From NCBI GenBank assembly GCA_963835335.1, contig CAWIFB010000056.1, forward strand, positions 56,635 through 120,634: DNA of 64,000 nucleotides, in the 5' to 3' direction. Positions 22,796-32,352 of the stretch are shown in pieces (the first letter of the stretch is position 1; each line of letters starts with the position of its first letter). A program made the translations under genes and the position numbers. The stretch is from an uncultured Chloroflexia bacterium. GTDB taxonomy: Bacteria; Chloroflexota; Limnocylindria; Limnocylindrales; CSP1-4. The notes beneath the pieces were generated by a model that searched no databases, was not told where the DNA came from, and saw only the letters and a program-made list of their open reading frames with translations.

Positions 22796-22927
22796 TGGCC
22801 CCTCCCGCGTCAACGTGCGATGGTGTGCGCAGAGTCTACCGGCCGGGGCGCCGGCGAGGGCTGCGCGGGTCGGCACCGGATCGACCGGACGCGACCGACA
22901 TCACCTCATGCGAAGGAGCTGCCGAAG

Positions 22928-23359
22928 TTGACGCTCGATGCGGCTGGCGGATCGGCCCACGTTCGCTACCCGATCCGGATCGGCCGCCGGTCGGCCGGTC
23001 TGCTGCGGGTCGTGTTCGGCGTGACGCCGGAGCGAGCCTGGGCTCAGGTCGGCGAGGACGACGTCGTGGCGCGGTTCGGCCGGTTCGAGCTGCGTGTCGC
23101 GATCACGAACATCACCCGCTGGCGGATCGAGGGTCCCTGGCGCTGGATCACGGCCATCGGCGTGCGCAGGAGCATCCGCCACGGCGATGTCTCGTTCGCC
23201 GGCAGCGCTCGGGGCGGCGTGCGGCTCGACTTCCGGACCCCGGTCCGCTGGTCGTTCCTGCGCGTACCGGCCCTGCACGTCGGCGTGGAGGATCTGGAGG
23301 GATTTGCCGCCGCGCTCGTCGAGCGCGGGATTCCAGGCGAGGATGCTCGCCGGGCGTAG
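22928..23359 (+). CDS. Hypothetical protein
   Basis: AAGGAG then TTG; protein-like translation (ARFGRF..GPWRWITAIGVR). Confidence 0.7.
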   Translation: MTLDAAGGSAHVRYPIRIGRRSAGLLRVVFGVTPERAWAQVGEDDVVARFGRFELRVAITNITRWRIEGPWRWITAIGVRRSIRHGDVSFAGSARGGVRLDFRTPVRWSFLRVPALHVGVEDLEGFAAALVERGIPGEDARRA

Positions 23360-23576
23360 GACTGCGCGGCGGCGTCGGTCCTCGTTGTCGGGGCGGTCAT
23401 GGTCGCGATGTGTGCCGGGAATGCCACGACGTCCGACGCCGGACCAGCAGACGCGGCGGCCAGCGAGCCATGAATCCTCGTAGTCGTCTGAGCGCACACT
23501 GGTTCCGCCGGGGACGATCCACCCTCGGCGTAGAATCCAAGTCTCGTCGCCGCGTCCTCGAAGGAAGGAAGCGTCA

Positions 23577-23825
23577 GTGGGTAGGCTCCGGCGGCTCCTC
23601 TCCTGGCTCGTAGCGCTGGTCCCAGTGCCCCGCGGGATCGCCGACGGACCACCGGCCGTGGATCCACGCCTCGATCCCGACGCCCTCGACGCGTTCGGAC
23701 ACGAGCAGATCGCGCAGTTCGGCGTCGGCCGATCACACGCCGCTTCCGCGCCGCTACTGACCCCGTTCGGAACCGACGTTGCGGCAGATGTCCGGGAAGC
23801 TCAGCGCGAGCGCGTGGACAAATAG
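23577..23825 (+). CDS. Small hypothetical protein (82 aa)
   Basis: AAGGAAGG upstream of GTG; no family recognised. Confidence 0.45.
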   Translation: MGRLRRLLSWLVALVPVPRGIADGPPAVDPRLDPDALDAFGHEQIAQFGVGRSHAASAPLLTPFGTDVAADVREAQRERVDK

Positions 23826-24240
23826 CGCCCGGCTACTGCGGGTTCGCGCCAGCGATCCAGATCGCAAGGACACGCCTGCCTCGCATTGTGTGACCTCGCT
23901 CGTCGAAACCGAGGCAAGGCATGTCACATACCACCAGGAGCGGTGGTAGTCCGGCTTCTGTCACATATCGCGGAGGGGCTCGCGACCCGGTGCCGGTGTC
24001 CCCGCACGAATTCCCGGGGCAGGCGGCCTGATCATGCTCGCTCGAGGCCGATGGGTCGGACTATCACCACGACTCGCGGTGCCTGGCAGGAGTTCCGGCG
24101 CTACGGGGCACATAGCACCGCGTCCGGCGGTGGGTGGCAGGAATCGCCCGTCGGCGGTGCAGCCCAGTGGCCGCCGCGCTCGCATGGTCCGGCCCCGGAT
24201 CCCAGCGGCGACGGGCGCCGCGCGACGGCGCTCGCGCCCG

Positions 24241-25407
24241 CTATTTCCCGCGCAGCTGCCAGGACTTGCCCTCGGTGACGACCGACGGCGCGTAGACGAT
24301 CTCGACCTCGTGCATGTCGGCGATCGTGCGGGCACCGAGCGCGGCCATCGACTGCCGGAGCGCGCCCATGAGGTTCTGCGTCCCGTCGGTCACGTGCGAG
24401 GGGCCGTTGAGGATCTGGTCCAGCGGCCCGACCGTTCCCACCCGGATCCGGGTTCCGCGCGGCAGGACCGGCGACGGCGCGGCCATGCCCCAGTTCGTGC
24501 CCCGGCCCGGCGCTTCCGCTGCGCGGGCGAGCGGCGAGCCGAGCATCACGACGTCCGCGCCGGCGGCCAGCGCCTTGGCGATGTCACCACCCCGCTTCAT
24601 CCCGCCGTCCGCGACCACCGGGACGTACCGCCCGGTTTCCGCGTGGAACAGGTCCCGCGCCGCCGCCACGTCCGCGATCGCGCTGACCTGCGGGATCCCG
24701 ATCCCCAGCACCTCGCGCGTCGTGCACGCGGCGCCGGGCCCGACGCCCACGAAGATGGCCGCTGCACCCTGCTCCATCAGCTGGTACGCGGCATCGGCGT
24801 TGGTGGTGTTGCCCACGGCGACCGGGATCGGCATGAACCGGGTGAAGTCGCCCAGTGCGAGCGGCTCGTAGCCCGTGGCCAGGTGGCGGGCCGACGAGAC
24901 CTGCGACTGGACGAGGAACAGGTCGGCGCCGTTCTCCGCGCAGAACGGTCCGAACCGGCGCGCGACGCCAGGTGTCGCGGATACCGCGGCCTTCGACCCG
25001 GCGGCGTGCAGCTCGTCGATCCGCCGGGCGATCAGGTCCTCGCGGATCGGTGCCGCGTACGCCTCCGCGAGCAGGTCCTGGATGTGGTCGTCGGGCGCAT
25101 CGACGATCCGGTCGAGCACGGCCAACGGGTCGTCGTAGCGGGTCTGTACGCCCTCGAGATTGAGGACCGACAGGCCGCCCAGGCGGGCCAGCTCGGCGGA
25201 CAGGGCGACGTCGGCAACCGCGTCCATCGCGGCCGCGAGGACGGGGATCTCGAGTGGCAGGCCGCAGAACTCCTGCGCCAGGACCACGTCGGCAGGGTCG
25301 ACGGTATCGGTGCCCGGGGCCAGCGAGACGTCGTCGAACCCGTAGGTGGGCCGGATCGCATCGACCTTGGAGCGGAAGACCCGCCGGTTCGCCAACGTCT
25401 CGGTCAT
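24241..25407 (-). CDS. guaB: GuaB3-type IMP dehydrogenase family protein
   Basis: YGFDDVSLAPG, AAAMD, VGVGPGAACTTR, VADGG, WGMAAP; no CBS domains. Confidence 0.9.
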   Translation of the reverse strand: MTETLANRRVFRSKVDAIRPTYGFDDVSLAPGTDTVDPADVVLAQEFCGLPLEIPVLAAAMDAVADVALSAELARLGGLSVLNLEGVQTRYDDPLAVLDRIVDAPDDHIQDLLAEAYAAPIREDLIARRIDELHAAGSKAAVSATPGVARRFGPFCAENGADLFLVQSQVSSARHLATGYEPLALGDFTRFMPIPVAVGNTTNADAAYQLMEQGAAAIFVGVGPGAACTTREVLGIGIPQVSAIADVAAARDLFHAETGRYVPVVADGGMKRGGDIAKALAAGADVVMLGSPLARAAEAPGRGTNWGMAAPSPVLPRGTRIRVGTVGPLDQILNGPSHVTDGTQNLMGALRQSMAALGARTIADMHEVEIVYAPSVVTEGKSWQLRGK

Positions 25408-25522
25408 TCCGCCGTCCTCTCGAGCAATCGGGCCGCCTCCATCGCCTGCGCAGAGTCTAGCGGTCGACGGGCAGGGCCATAATCCGAGGGGTCCGCAGAC
25501 CAGATCCACGAAGGGGCGAGTC

Positions 25523-26395
25523 ATGACGAAGGGCAAGTCGAAACAGGCGCAGGCGGGGAACGTGAAGGATGCGGACGCCGATGGCGGGGCGGGCACTCCC
25601 ATTGCCGGCCCCAAGGCGCCGAAGATGTCCTCGAAGGCCTATCTCGTGGAGCTGGCCAAGCTCCAGGTCGAGCTGGCGAAGCTCCAGGAGTGGGTCAAGG
25701 CGCGCGGCCTCAAGGTGGTCGTGATCTTCGAGGGACGTGACGCTGCCGGCAAGGGCGGCGCGATCAAGACGTTGACGCTGGCCCTCAATCCGCGCGTTGC
25801 CCGGGTCGTCGCGCTGCCTGCACCCACCGAGCGGGAGCGCACGCAGTGGTATTTCCAGCGCTACGTCCCCCACCTGCCCGCCGCCGGGGAGATCGTGCTG
25901 CTCGACCGCAGCTGGTACAACCGCGCCGGCGTCGAGCGCGTGATGGGGTTCGCGACGGCGGCCGAGATCGAGGAGTTCTATCGATCCTGTCCGGAGTTCG
26001 AGCGGATGCTCGTGCGGTCAGGGATCATCCTGATCAAGTACTGGTTCTCGGTCAGCGACGCCGAGCAGGAGAAGCGGTTCCAGGGCCGGATCGACGACCC
26101 GACCAAGCGCTGGAAGCTGAGCCCGATGGACCTGATGTCGCGGACGCGCTGGGTCGACTACTCGATCGCCAAGGACGAGATGTTCCGCCATACGGACATC
26201 AAGCAGGCGCCGTGGTACGTGGTCAACGGCGACGACAAGAAGCGCGCGCGGCTCAACGTGATCAGCCACTTCCTGTCGCTGATCCCGTACGAGGACCTCA
26301 CCCCGGAGCCGATCGTCCTGCCGCCGCGCGAGCCGGATCGCGGCTACGTCCGACCGCCGATGGACGAGCAGACCTTCGTCCCGGAGCGGTACTGA
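25523..26395 (+). CDS. ppk2: Polyphosphate kinase 2
   Basis: FEGRDAAGKGG, WYFQRY, DRSWYNRAGVERVMGF, WKLSPMD. Confidence 0.97.
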   Translation: MTKGKSKQAQAGNVKDADADGGAGTPIAGPKAPKMSSKAYLVELAKLQVELAKLQEWVKARGLKVVVIFEGRDAAGKGGAIKTLTLALNPRVARVVALPAPTERERTQWYFQRYVPHLPAAGEIVLLDRSWYNRAGVERVMGFATAAEIEEFYRSCPEFERMLVRSGIILIKYWFSVSDAEQEKRFQGRIDDPTKRWKLSPMDLMSRTRWVDYSIAKDEMFRHTDIKQAPWYVVNGDDKKRARLNVISHFLSLIPYEDLTPEPIVLPPREPDRGYVRPPMDEQTFVPERY

Positions 26396-26438
26396 CCGCC
26401 CCTCGCCGGGCACCGGGGGTTTGCCGCAGACCTGACGC

Positions 26439-26927
26439 TCAGCCGATGACGCGCGCGCCGTCGCGGTCCAGCTCGAACCACGGCGCGCGCGCAGGGTCGA
26501 GCACCTCGTCACGGATCCGCTCGATCGCGGTGCGGTACGCCGGCCACACCACCTCCCGGTGCGCCGCCTCGAGCGGCAGCCAGCGGGCACCATCGTGCTC
26601 GTGTGACAGAACGGGCTCCGCGTCTGCCCCAACGCGCACGGCAAACACCGCCGCCATCACCACGGCATCAACCGACGGCTCGTGGAACTGGTTGACCAGG
26701 TCGAGGTCGTAGAAGACCTCGATCTCCGCCGGCCCGAACCCGGTCTCCTCCGCCAGCTCACGCAGGGCCCCGGCCGTGATCCGCTCCCCGGGCTCGAGCC
26801 CGCCCGACACGCACTGCCACAGCCCGGCCAGGATCCGGCCGGGCGCGCGGCGCATGAGCAGGATCTCCGGTCCGGCCTCGCGGACGCGGAACATCCAGCA
26901 ATCGACGAAGTCGGGACGAAAGCTCAT
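26439..26927 (-). CDS. NUDIX hydrolase (NudB-like)
   Basis: GGLEPGERITAGALRELAEETG Nudix box; LSHEH. Confidence 0.9.
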   Translation of the reverse strand: MSFRPDFVDCWMFRVREAGPEILLMRRAPGRILAGLWQCVSGGLEPGERITAGALRELAEETGFGPAEIEVFYDLDLVNQFHEPSVDAVVMAAVFAVRVGADAEPVLSHEHDGARWLPLEAAHREVVWPAYRTAIERIRDEVLDPARAPWFELDRDGARVIG

Positions 26928-27508
26928 CGGGCGGTCAGCCCAAGCTCGAGCCTCTCCAGCTGCTCGAGGTGCATGAGGTCGTGGACGCCCGAGAACAGCA
27001 GCCACTCGCCGCACCGCAACCGGCCCACCAGCGGGTGTTCCAGCGGGCAGGGCTCGATCTCGTGGCCCTCGATGGCGCGCAACGCACGCTCCACGATCCG
27101 CTGGCTGGTGGCAATCCTGCGCAGCAGCTGCTCGCGCGTGGCATCCACGTCGCCCGGGATCCCCGGTGTCACCGCTGGCGCGTCGGACGGCCACCGCCCA
27201 CGTGCGGCAAGCGATGCGGCGAGGGCGAGGCCGGCGCGCGAGTCGGCCGTGTGTCCCAGCGCCTGCGCCACGTTCCAGTCGCCCTCGCCGCCGGGCATCG
27301 AGAATGCCTCGTCCGGAAGCGCGTCGACGATCGAGACCAGACCGGCGGCCACCGCGGCGAGCTGTGTGCTGATGCCGGGTGCGCTCCCGGGGCCCGCGCC
27401 CCGCCGCACCTCGCGCCGGACCGAGATGAACGCGCCCTCGTCGATGCCTCGCCAGGCACGCACGACATCCGGGGCTGCGGGCTCGAGGGCGTCGATCCGG
27501 GCAGGCAT
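26924..27508 (-). CDS. DinB superfamily protein
   Basis: WNVAQALGH..HPLVG..HDLMH metal-binding His pattern. Confidence 0.82.
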   Translation of the reverse strand: MPARIDALEPAAPDVVRAWRGIDEGAFISVRREVRRGAGPGSAPGISTQLAAVAAGLVSIVDALPDEAFSMPGGEGDWNVAQALGHTADSRAGLALAASLAARGRWPSDAPAVTPGIPGDVDATREQLLRRIATSQRIVERALRAIEGHEIEPCPLEHPLVGRLRCGEWLLFSGVHDLMHLEQLERLELGLTAR

Positions 27509-27548
27509 CGGGGAGCGGGTGGCGGCCCGGGCCGGGCGGCGGCCGGCC

Positions 27549-28481
27549 TCAGCCCGGCAGGAGCTGGCGCAGCGCGAACAGCACGTTCGCGGGCCGCTCC
27601 GCCAGCCGGCGCATGTACCACGGGTACCACGCGCTGCCGTACGCGATCAGCGTCTGGACCCTGAACCCGGCACGGGCGAGCCGGCGCTGCTCCTTCGCGC
27701 GGATGCCGTACAGCATCTGGACCTCGAACCCGTCCTTCTGGACACCCGCCGCAGCCGCATGGCCGGCGATCTGCTCCACCAGGTCCACGTCGTGCGTGCC
27801 AAGGCCCAGCCTTATGTCGCGCGTCCGGCTCTCCCGGAGCAGGGTCACGGCGACCGCCAGGTAGTTGGCGTCGACCTCGCGCCTGGAACGGAAGGCGACG
27901 TCGCGCGGCTCGTCGTAGGCACCCTTGACCAGGCGGATCGCCGGGTTCAGCGGGAGCAGCCGCTCCACGTCCCTGGCCGTGCGCCGGAGGTAGGCCTGGA
28001 GGCAGATCCCCGTTCTCGGGTGGGACGCCCGGAGCCGCTGGTACAGGTTGAGCGTCCGGTCGACGTAGCTGCTGTCCTCCATGTCGATCCACAGGTATGA
28101 TCCCTGCGCCTCGGCCGCGGCCGCGAGCACGCGCAGGTGCCCGAAGCAGACATCCTCGTCGATGTCCAGGCCCAGCTGGGTCGGCTTGACGCTGATCTCG
28201 CCGTCGATCTCGGCGGCCTTGATCCGGCCCAGCAGCTCCCGGTAGTGGTCCGCGACCACCTGTGCCTGCTCGATCTCGGTCAGGTTCTCGCCGAGCCTGG
28301 TGTACAGCGTCCCGATGCCCAGAACGTGGAGCTCGAATGCCGCGCCGAGCGCGTCATCGATCTCCTCGCCGGGCATGAACCGTCCGACCGCGCGGCGCAT
28401 GAACGGGAGCCTGGGCAGCCGCTCGCGCATCCAGGCGTTCCGAGCGAACCACAGCAGGATCCTGCGGAGCACCCGGTTCAC
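27549..28481 (-). CDS. Monofunctional proline dehydrogenase
   Basis: LGEN, SVKPTQLG, IDMED, QAYLRR, RLVKGAY, GTHD, QMLYG, YMRRLAERPAN. Confidence 0.95.
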   Translation of the reverse strand: MNRVLRRILLWFARNAWMRERLPRLPFMRRAVGRFMPGEEIDDALGAAFELHVLGIGTLYTRLGENLTEIEQAQVVADHYRELLGRIKAAEIDGEISVKPTQLGLDIDEDVCFGHLRVLAAAAEAQGSYLWIDMEDSSYVDRTLNLYQRLRASHPRTGICLQAYLRRTARDVERLLPLNPAIRLVKGAYDEPRDVAFRSRREVDANYLAVAVTLLRESRTRDIRLGLGTHDVDLVEQIAGHAAAAGVQKDGFEVQMLYGIRAKEQRRLARAGFRVQTLIAYGSAWYPWYMRRLAERPANVLFALRQLLPG

Positions 28482-28807
28482 AGGCGTTCGAAGCGCTCCA
28501 CCGGCAGCACGAACACCGTGGCGCCGCCCACCTCCACCTCGAGCGGATAGGGCATGAAGAACTCGCCCGGTTCCATGATCGGCGGCATCGGGTTCACGAT
28601 CTGCGTCCGGGCGTGGCAGCTCTCGCGCACGATCGCGAGGACCTCCTCGACCTGCGGCTCCTCCACGCCCACCATGACCGTCGCGTTCGACTGCTTGAGG
28701 AACCCGCCGGACGAGTGAAGCCGCGTGGCGCGGTACTCGCGCTCGAGCAGGGCGTCCACGAGGGCGCCGGCATCTTCGTTGTGGACGATGGCGACGACGA
28801 GCTTCAT
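28478..28807 (-). CDS. darA: PII-like cyclic di-AMP receptor (DarA/PstA/YaaQ)
   Basis: MKLVVAIVHNEDA..TRLHSSGGFLKQSNAT..VGGATVFV; 109 aa. Confidence 0.92.
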   Translation of the reverse strand: MKLVVAIVHNEDAGALVDALLEREYRATRLHSSGGFLKQSNATVMVGVEEPQVEEVLAIVRESCHARTQIVNPMPPIMEPGEFFMPYPLEVEVGGATVFVLPVERFERL

Positions 28808-29004
28808 CGACGCGAGGATAGCCCACCCGGAGACGCTCGATGGCGCCGGGACGGCGGGCGGGCACGTTCGGCGCGGTCGCGCGCACGTGCGACGGCTCCG
28901 CGCCCGATCGGCGGGTGTACGATGCCGACTCGCCTCGATCGGGCGCGAGGGCGCCGCCCAGGGACCCGGAGCCCGCCCCGATCCGGCAGCACGCGGAGGC
29001 ACAC

Positions 29005-30027
29005 GTGTCGGACTCCATCGGCGCCGGCGACGGCCCGCTCACCGTTCTCTCGGCTGGCGCCGCGGCCCTCGCGCGCGCCGGCGACCTGGACACTGCGCTG
29101 TCGGTCATCGCGGAAGCCGGTTCGGCTGCCGTGCACGCCGCAACCGCTGCCGTGTTCACCCTGGACACGGACGGCGGCGGTCTCGAGCTGCTGCTGACGC
29201 TGGGCATGCCGGACGAAAGCGTCGACGGCTTTGCCGCGGACGTGTCGGGCAATCCGGACCATCCGATCCACCGCGCGGCGGTCGACCGGAGCGGTTCGCT
29301 CGGACGGACGAGCGAGACGGCGGGTGGGGACACGATGACGATCGTCGACCTGCCGCTGGTCGTCGCAAGCGGGGGCGTCGAGGAAGGGATGGGCGTGCTG
29401 AGCTTCGGCTGGCCCGGGGCCCACGAGGTGGGAACGTCCGAGGAGAAGCTCCTGGTCGCGATCGCAGACCTCGCGGCGTCGGCGATCTCGGCGTTCCGGA
29501 CGGCCTCGCTCGCCGCCGAACGCGCCGAATGGTTCGAACGCGTCGCGCACACGGATGCCCTCACCGGGCTGTCCAACGCCCGGACGCTGACCCGGATCCT
29601 GGAGCTCGAGGTGGCGCGCGCACAGCGCCAGGGCAGCGAGGTCTCGGTTGCGGTGTTCGACGTCGATGGGTTCACGAAGCTCAACACGTCGGCGGGGTCG
29701 CGTGCAGGCGACCAGGTCCTGCGCCAGGTCGCCGCGGTGCTTGCCGAGAACGTCCGGCTGGTCGATACCATCGCCCGCACGGGTGGCGACGAGTTCGTGC
29801 TCGTGGCGCCGGGCTCGGCCGGGGTGACTGTCGCGCACCGGGTTCTCGATGGGATCGCCTCGCTGGAGGCCGTGGAGGACCTCCCGGTGACCGTGTCGGC
29901 CGGTGTCGCCAGGTTCCCCCAGGATGGCGGCGATGCCGAGGCGCTGATCGGCGCCGCACGTGCGGCGCTCGCGACCGCCTCCGGCGCGGCGTCGATCTCG
30001 GAGGCGGCGGGCAGCATCGGCTCGTAG
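29005..30027 (+). CDS. GAF-GGDEF diguanylate cyclase
   Basis: GAF-like N-terminus; TDALTGL, DVDGF, RLVD-TIART-GGDEF; GGAGG upstream. Confidence 0.92.
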   Translation: MSDSIGAGDGPLTVLSAGAAALARAGDLDTALSVIAEAGSAAVHAATAAVFTLDTDGGGLELLLTLGMPDESVDGFAADVSGNPDHPIHRAAVDRSGSLGRTSETAGGDTMTIVDLPLVVASGGVEEGMGVLSFGWPGAHEVGTSEEKLLVAIADLAASAISAFRTASLAAERAEWFERVAHTDALTGLSNARTLTRILELEVARAQRQGSEVSVAVFDVDGFTKLNTSAGSRAGDQVLRQVAAVLAENVRLVDTIARTGGDEFVLVAPGSAGVTVAHRVLDGIASLEAVEDLPVTVSAGVARFPQDGGDAEALIGAARAALATASGAASISEAAGSIGS

Positions 30028-30043
30028 GCAGCATCGGCTCGTA
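30010..30043 (+). repeat. 17-bp tandem duplication spanning the cyclase stop codon
   Basis: GGCAGCATCGGCTCGTA twice in a row. Confidence 0.9.
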
Positions 30044-30103
30044 GCCGGCGCGCGCATCGGCGCGGATCCCGCGCGCGCCGCGCGGACGGCGGCTCCCGAA
30101 ACG

Positions 30104-30799
30104 TCAGCCGGCGTCGGTCTCGACGCTGCGCAGAGCTGCCGCCAGGCACGGGAGCCGGCCGGCGATCCTGCGCACGGCCGCCACGGCTCCGGCGAGCACC
30201 GCGGCCTCGTCGCCCGTCGCATCGACGATCGCGTAGCGCCCGGGCTCAGCCGCCGCGAACCCGAGAAACGCCGCTCGCACCCGCTTGTGATACGCCAGGT
30301 CCTGGAAGGCCTCGAAGCGCGTCACCTCGACCGCCTTGCGGCCCAGGCCAACCTCGACGGGAATGTCGAGCAGGATCGTGAGATCCGGCACCAGGCCTCC
30401 GGTCGCGAGCCGTTGCACGGCCACGAGCTCGGCCATCGGAACCCCGGATCCGCGTCCCTGGTACGCGAGGGACGAGTCGGCGTACCGATCGCACACCACG
30501 ACGGCACCCCGATCGAGCGCTGGGCCGATCACCTCGGTGACGTGCTGGGCCCGCGCGGCGGCGAACAGGAGCGCATCCGCAAGCCCCGTCCGATCGATCC
30601 GGGGCTCGGTATCGAGCACCAGGCGCCGGATCTGCTCGCCCAGCGGCGTCGACCCCGGCTCGCGGGTGGTGACGACCTCGCAGCCGCCGGCACGGAGCAC
30701 CGTCGCGAGCCGTGGCATGAGGCTGGACTTCCCCGATCCGTCCGGACCCTCGAGGGTGATGAACAGGCCTCGGTCGACGGGCGCGGCAGGCGTATCCAC
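30104..30799 (-). CDS. tmk: Thymidylate kinase
   Basis: FITLEGPDGSGKS, TREPG, AARAQH, CDRYADSSLAYQG. Confidence 0.96.
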   Translation of the reverse strand: MDTPAAPVDRGLFITLEGPDGSGKSSLMPRLATVLRAGGCEVVTTREPGSTPLGEQIRRLVLDTEPRIDRTGLADALLFAAARAQHVTEVIGPALDRGAVVVCDRYADSSLAYQGRGSGVPMAELVAVQRLATGGLVPDLTILLDIPVEVGLGRKAVEVTRFEAFQDLAYHKRVRAAFLGFAAAEPGRYAIVDATGDEAAVLAGAVAAVRRIAGRLPCLAAALRSVETDAG

Positions 30800-30909
30800 G
30801 AGCACGAGTGTACGGGGATCGGCCGGCCGGCACCGACCCTGCCTCCGGACGCCCGCTACGCCGAATGCCCTAGCGGCGCGCCACCGGTGGACCCGGTACC
30901 CTCGGCGTG

Positions 30910-32352
30910 ATGCGTGATCTGACCGGCCGTGCCCTCGACACGGCGACCGCCCTGGGCGCGACCTACGCTGACGTGCGCGTCGTGCGACGGATCGAGGAGT
31001 CGATCACCATCAAGTCGGCTCGGGTCGAAGGCGTGTCGTCGGGCGAGACCGAGGGTTTCGGCATTCGGGTCCTGGTCAACGGGGCGTGGGGATTTGCCGC
31101 GAGCCATCACCTGAGCACCGGCGAGGCAGACCGGGTCGCGGCGGACGCGGTCCGGATCGCGAGAGCCAGCGCGACCGCCATCCGGAACCCGGTCCGGCTT
31201 GACGATCGCCCGCCGGCGAACGGCAGCTTCGAGTCCCCGGTGGTCGAGGACCCGTTTGCCGTTCCGCTCGATCAGAAGGTCGAGCTCCTGCTCGCCGCGG
31301 ACAGGGCCATGAACGGCGTCAAGGGCATCACCTTCACCGAGTCCATGTACGCCGCCCAGCGCGAGTCGAAGACGTTCGCCGCATCCGATGGCAGCTACAC
31401 GGAGCAGGTCATCACCCACATCGGCAGCGGCCTCGAGGCCAACGCCATCGCGGACGACGAGCACCAGCGCCGCAGCTACCCGGACAATGGCGGCCTGTGG
31501 GCGTCCGCGGGCTACGAGTTCGTCCGGGCGATGGACCTCGAGGCGAACGCCGAGCGAACCGCCGCCGAGGCGGTCGAGCTGCTGAGCGCGCCGCCGCTAC
31601 CCGCCGGCACGCGCACGATCCTGCTCCATCCCAGCCAGCTGTACATGCAGGTCCACGAGAGCTGCGGCCACCCGACCGAGCTCGACCGGGCGTTCGGCAC
31701 CGAGGCCAGCTACGCCGGCACGAGCTTCCTGACTCCGGACCTTCTCGACGGCTTCCGCTACGGCTCCGATCTGTGCGACATCGTCGCCGACGCCACGGTC
31801 CCCGGCGGCCTGGGCAGCTTCGGGTGGGACGACGAGGGTGTCGTCGCCCAGCAGGTACCGCTGATCAGGGAAGGGATGTTCGTCGGCTATCTCAGCTCCC
31901 GCGAGACGGCACCACGGATCGGACGCCAGTCCGGTGGTGCGATGCGCGCCGACGGCTGGAACCGGATCCCGCTGATCCGGATGACGAACGTCAACCTGCT
32001 GCCCAGGCCCGGCATGAGCTTCGACGACATCATCGCGGACACCGACGACGGGATCATGTTCGAGACCAACCGCAGCTGGTCGATCGACGACCGCCGGCTC
32101 AACTTCCAGTTCGGCACCGAGATCTGCCGGGAGATCAAGGGCGGCAAGCCGGGCCGGCTGTACCGCAACGGCACGTACACCGGGATCACCTACGAGCTGT
32201 GGCGATCGATGGACGCCGTGGGCGACGCAAGCTCGTGGCGGATGTGGGCCACCCCGAACTGCGGCAAGGGCGAGCCGCCGCAGACCGGTCACGTCGGCCA
32301 CGGCGTCTCCGGCGCACGGTTCCGTAACGTGCGGGTCGGGGTCATGGGATGA
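30910..32352 (+). CDS. tldD: TldD metalloprotease
   Basis: GFGIRVLVNGAWGFA, HESCGHPTELDR, DDEG, RMTN, CGKG. Confidence 0.95.
   Translation: MRDLTGRALDTATALGATYADVRVVRRIEESITIKSARVEGVSSGETEGFGIRVLVNGAWGFAASHHLSTGEADRVAADAVRIARASATAIRNPVRLDDRPPANGSFESPVVEDPFAVPLDQKVELLLAADRAMNGVKGITFTESMYAAQRESKTFAASDGSYTEQVITHIGSGLEANAIADDEHQRRSYPDNGGLWASAGYEFVRAMDLEANAERTAAEAVELLSAPPLPAGTRTILLHPSQLYMQVHESCGHPTELDRAFGTEASYAGTSFLTPDLLDGFRYGSDLCDIVADATVPGGLGSFGWDDEGVVAQQVPLIREGMFVGYLSSRETAPRIGRQSGGAMRADGWNRIPLIRMTNVNLLPRPGMSFDDIIADTDDGIMFETNRSWSIDDRRLNFQFGTEICREIKGGKPGRLYRNGTYTGITYELWRSMDAVGDASSWRMWATPNCGKGEPPQTGHVGHGVSGARFRNVRVGVMG

Noticed and set aside
20030-23359. Very long alternative ORFs (e.g. 1109 aa here, also 1104..3632, 10775..13564, 61607..63526)
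   Set aside because: Shadow or antisense frames of recognisable genes in high-GC DNA; mostly Arg/Pro/Gly-rich and motif-free.
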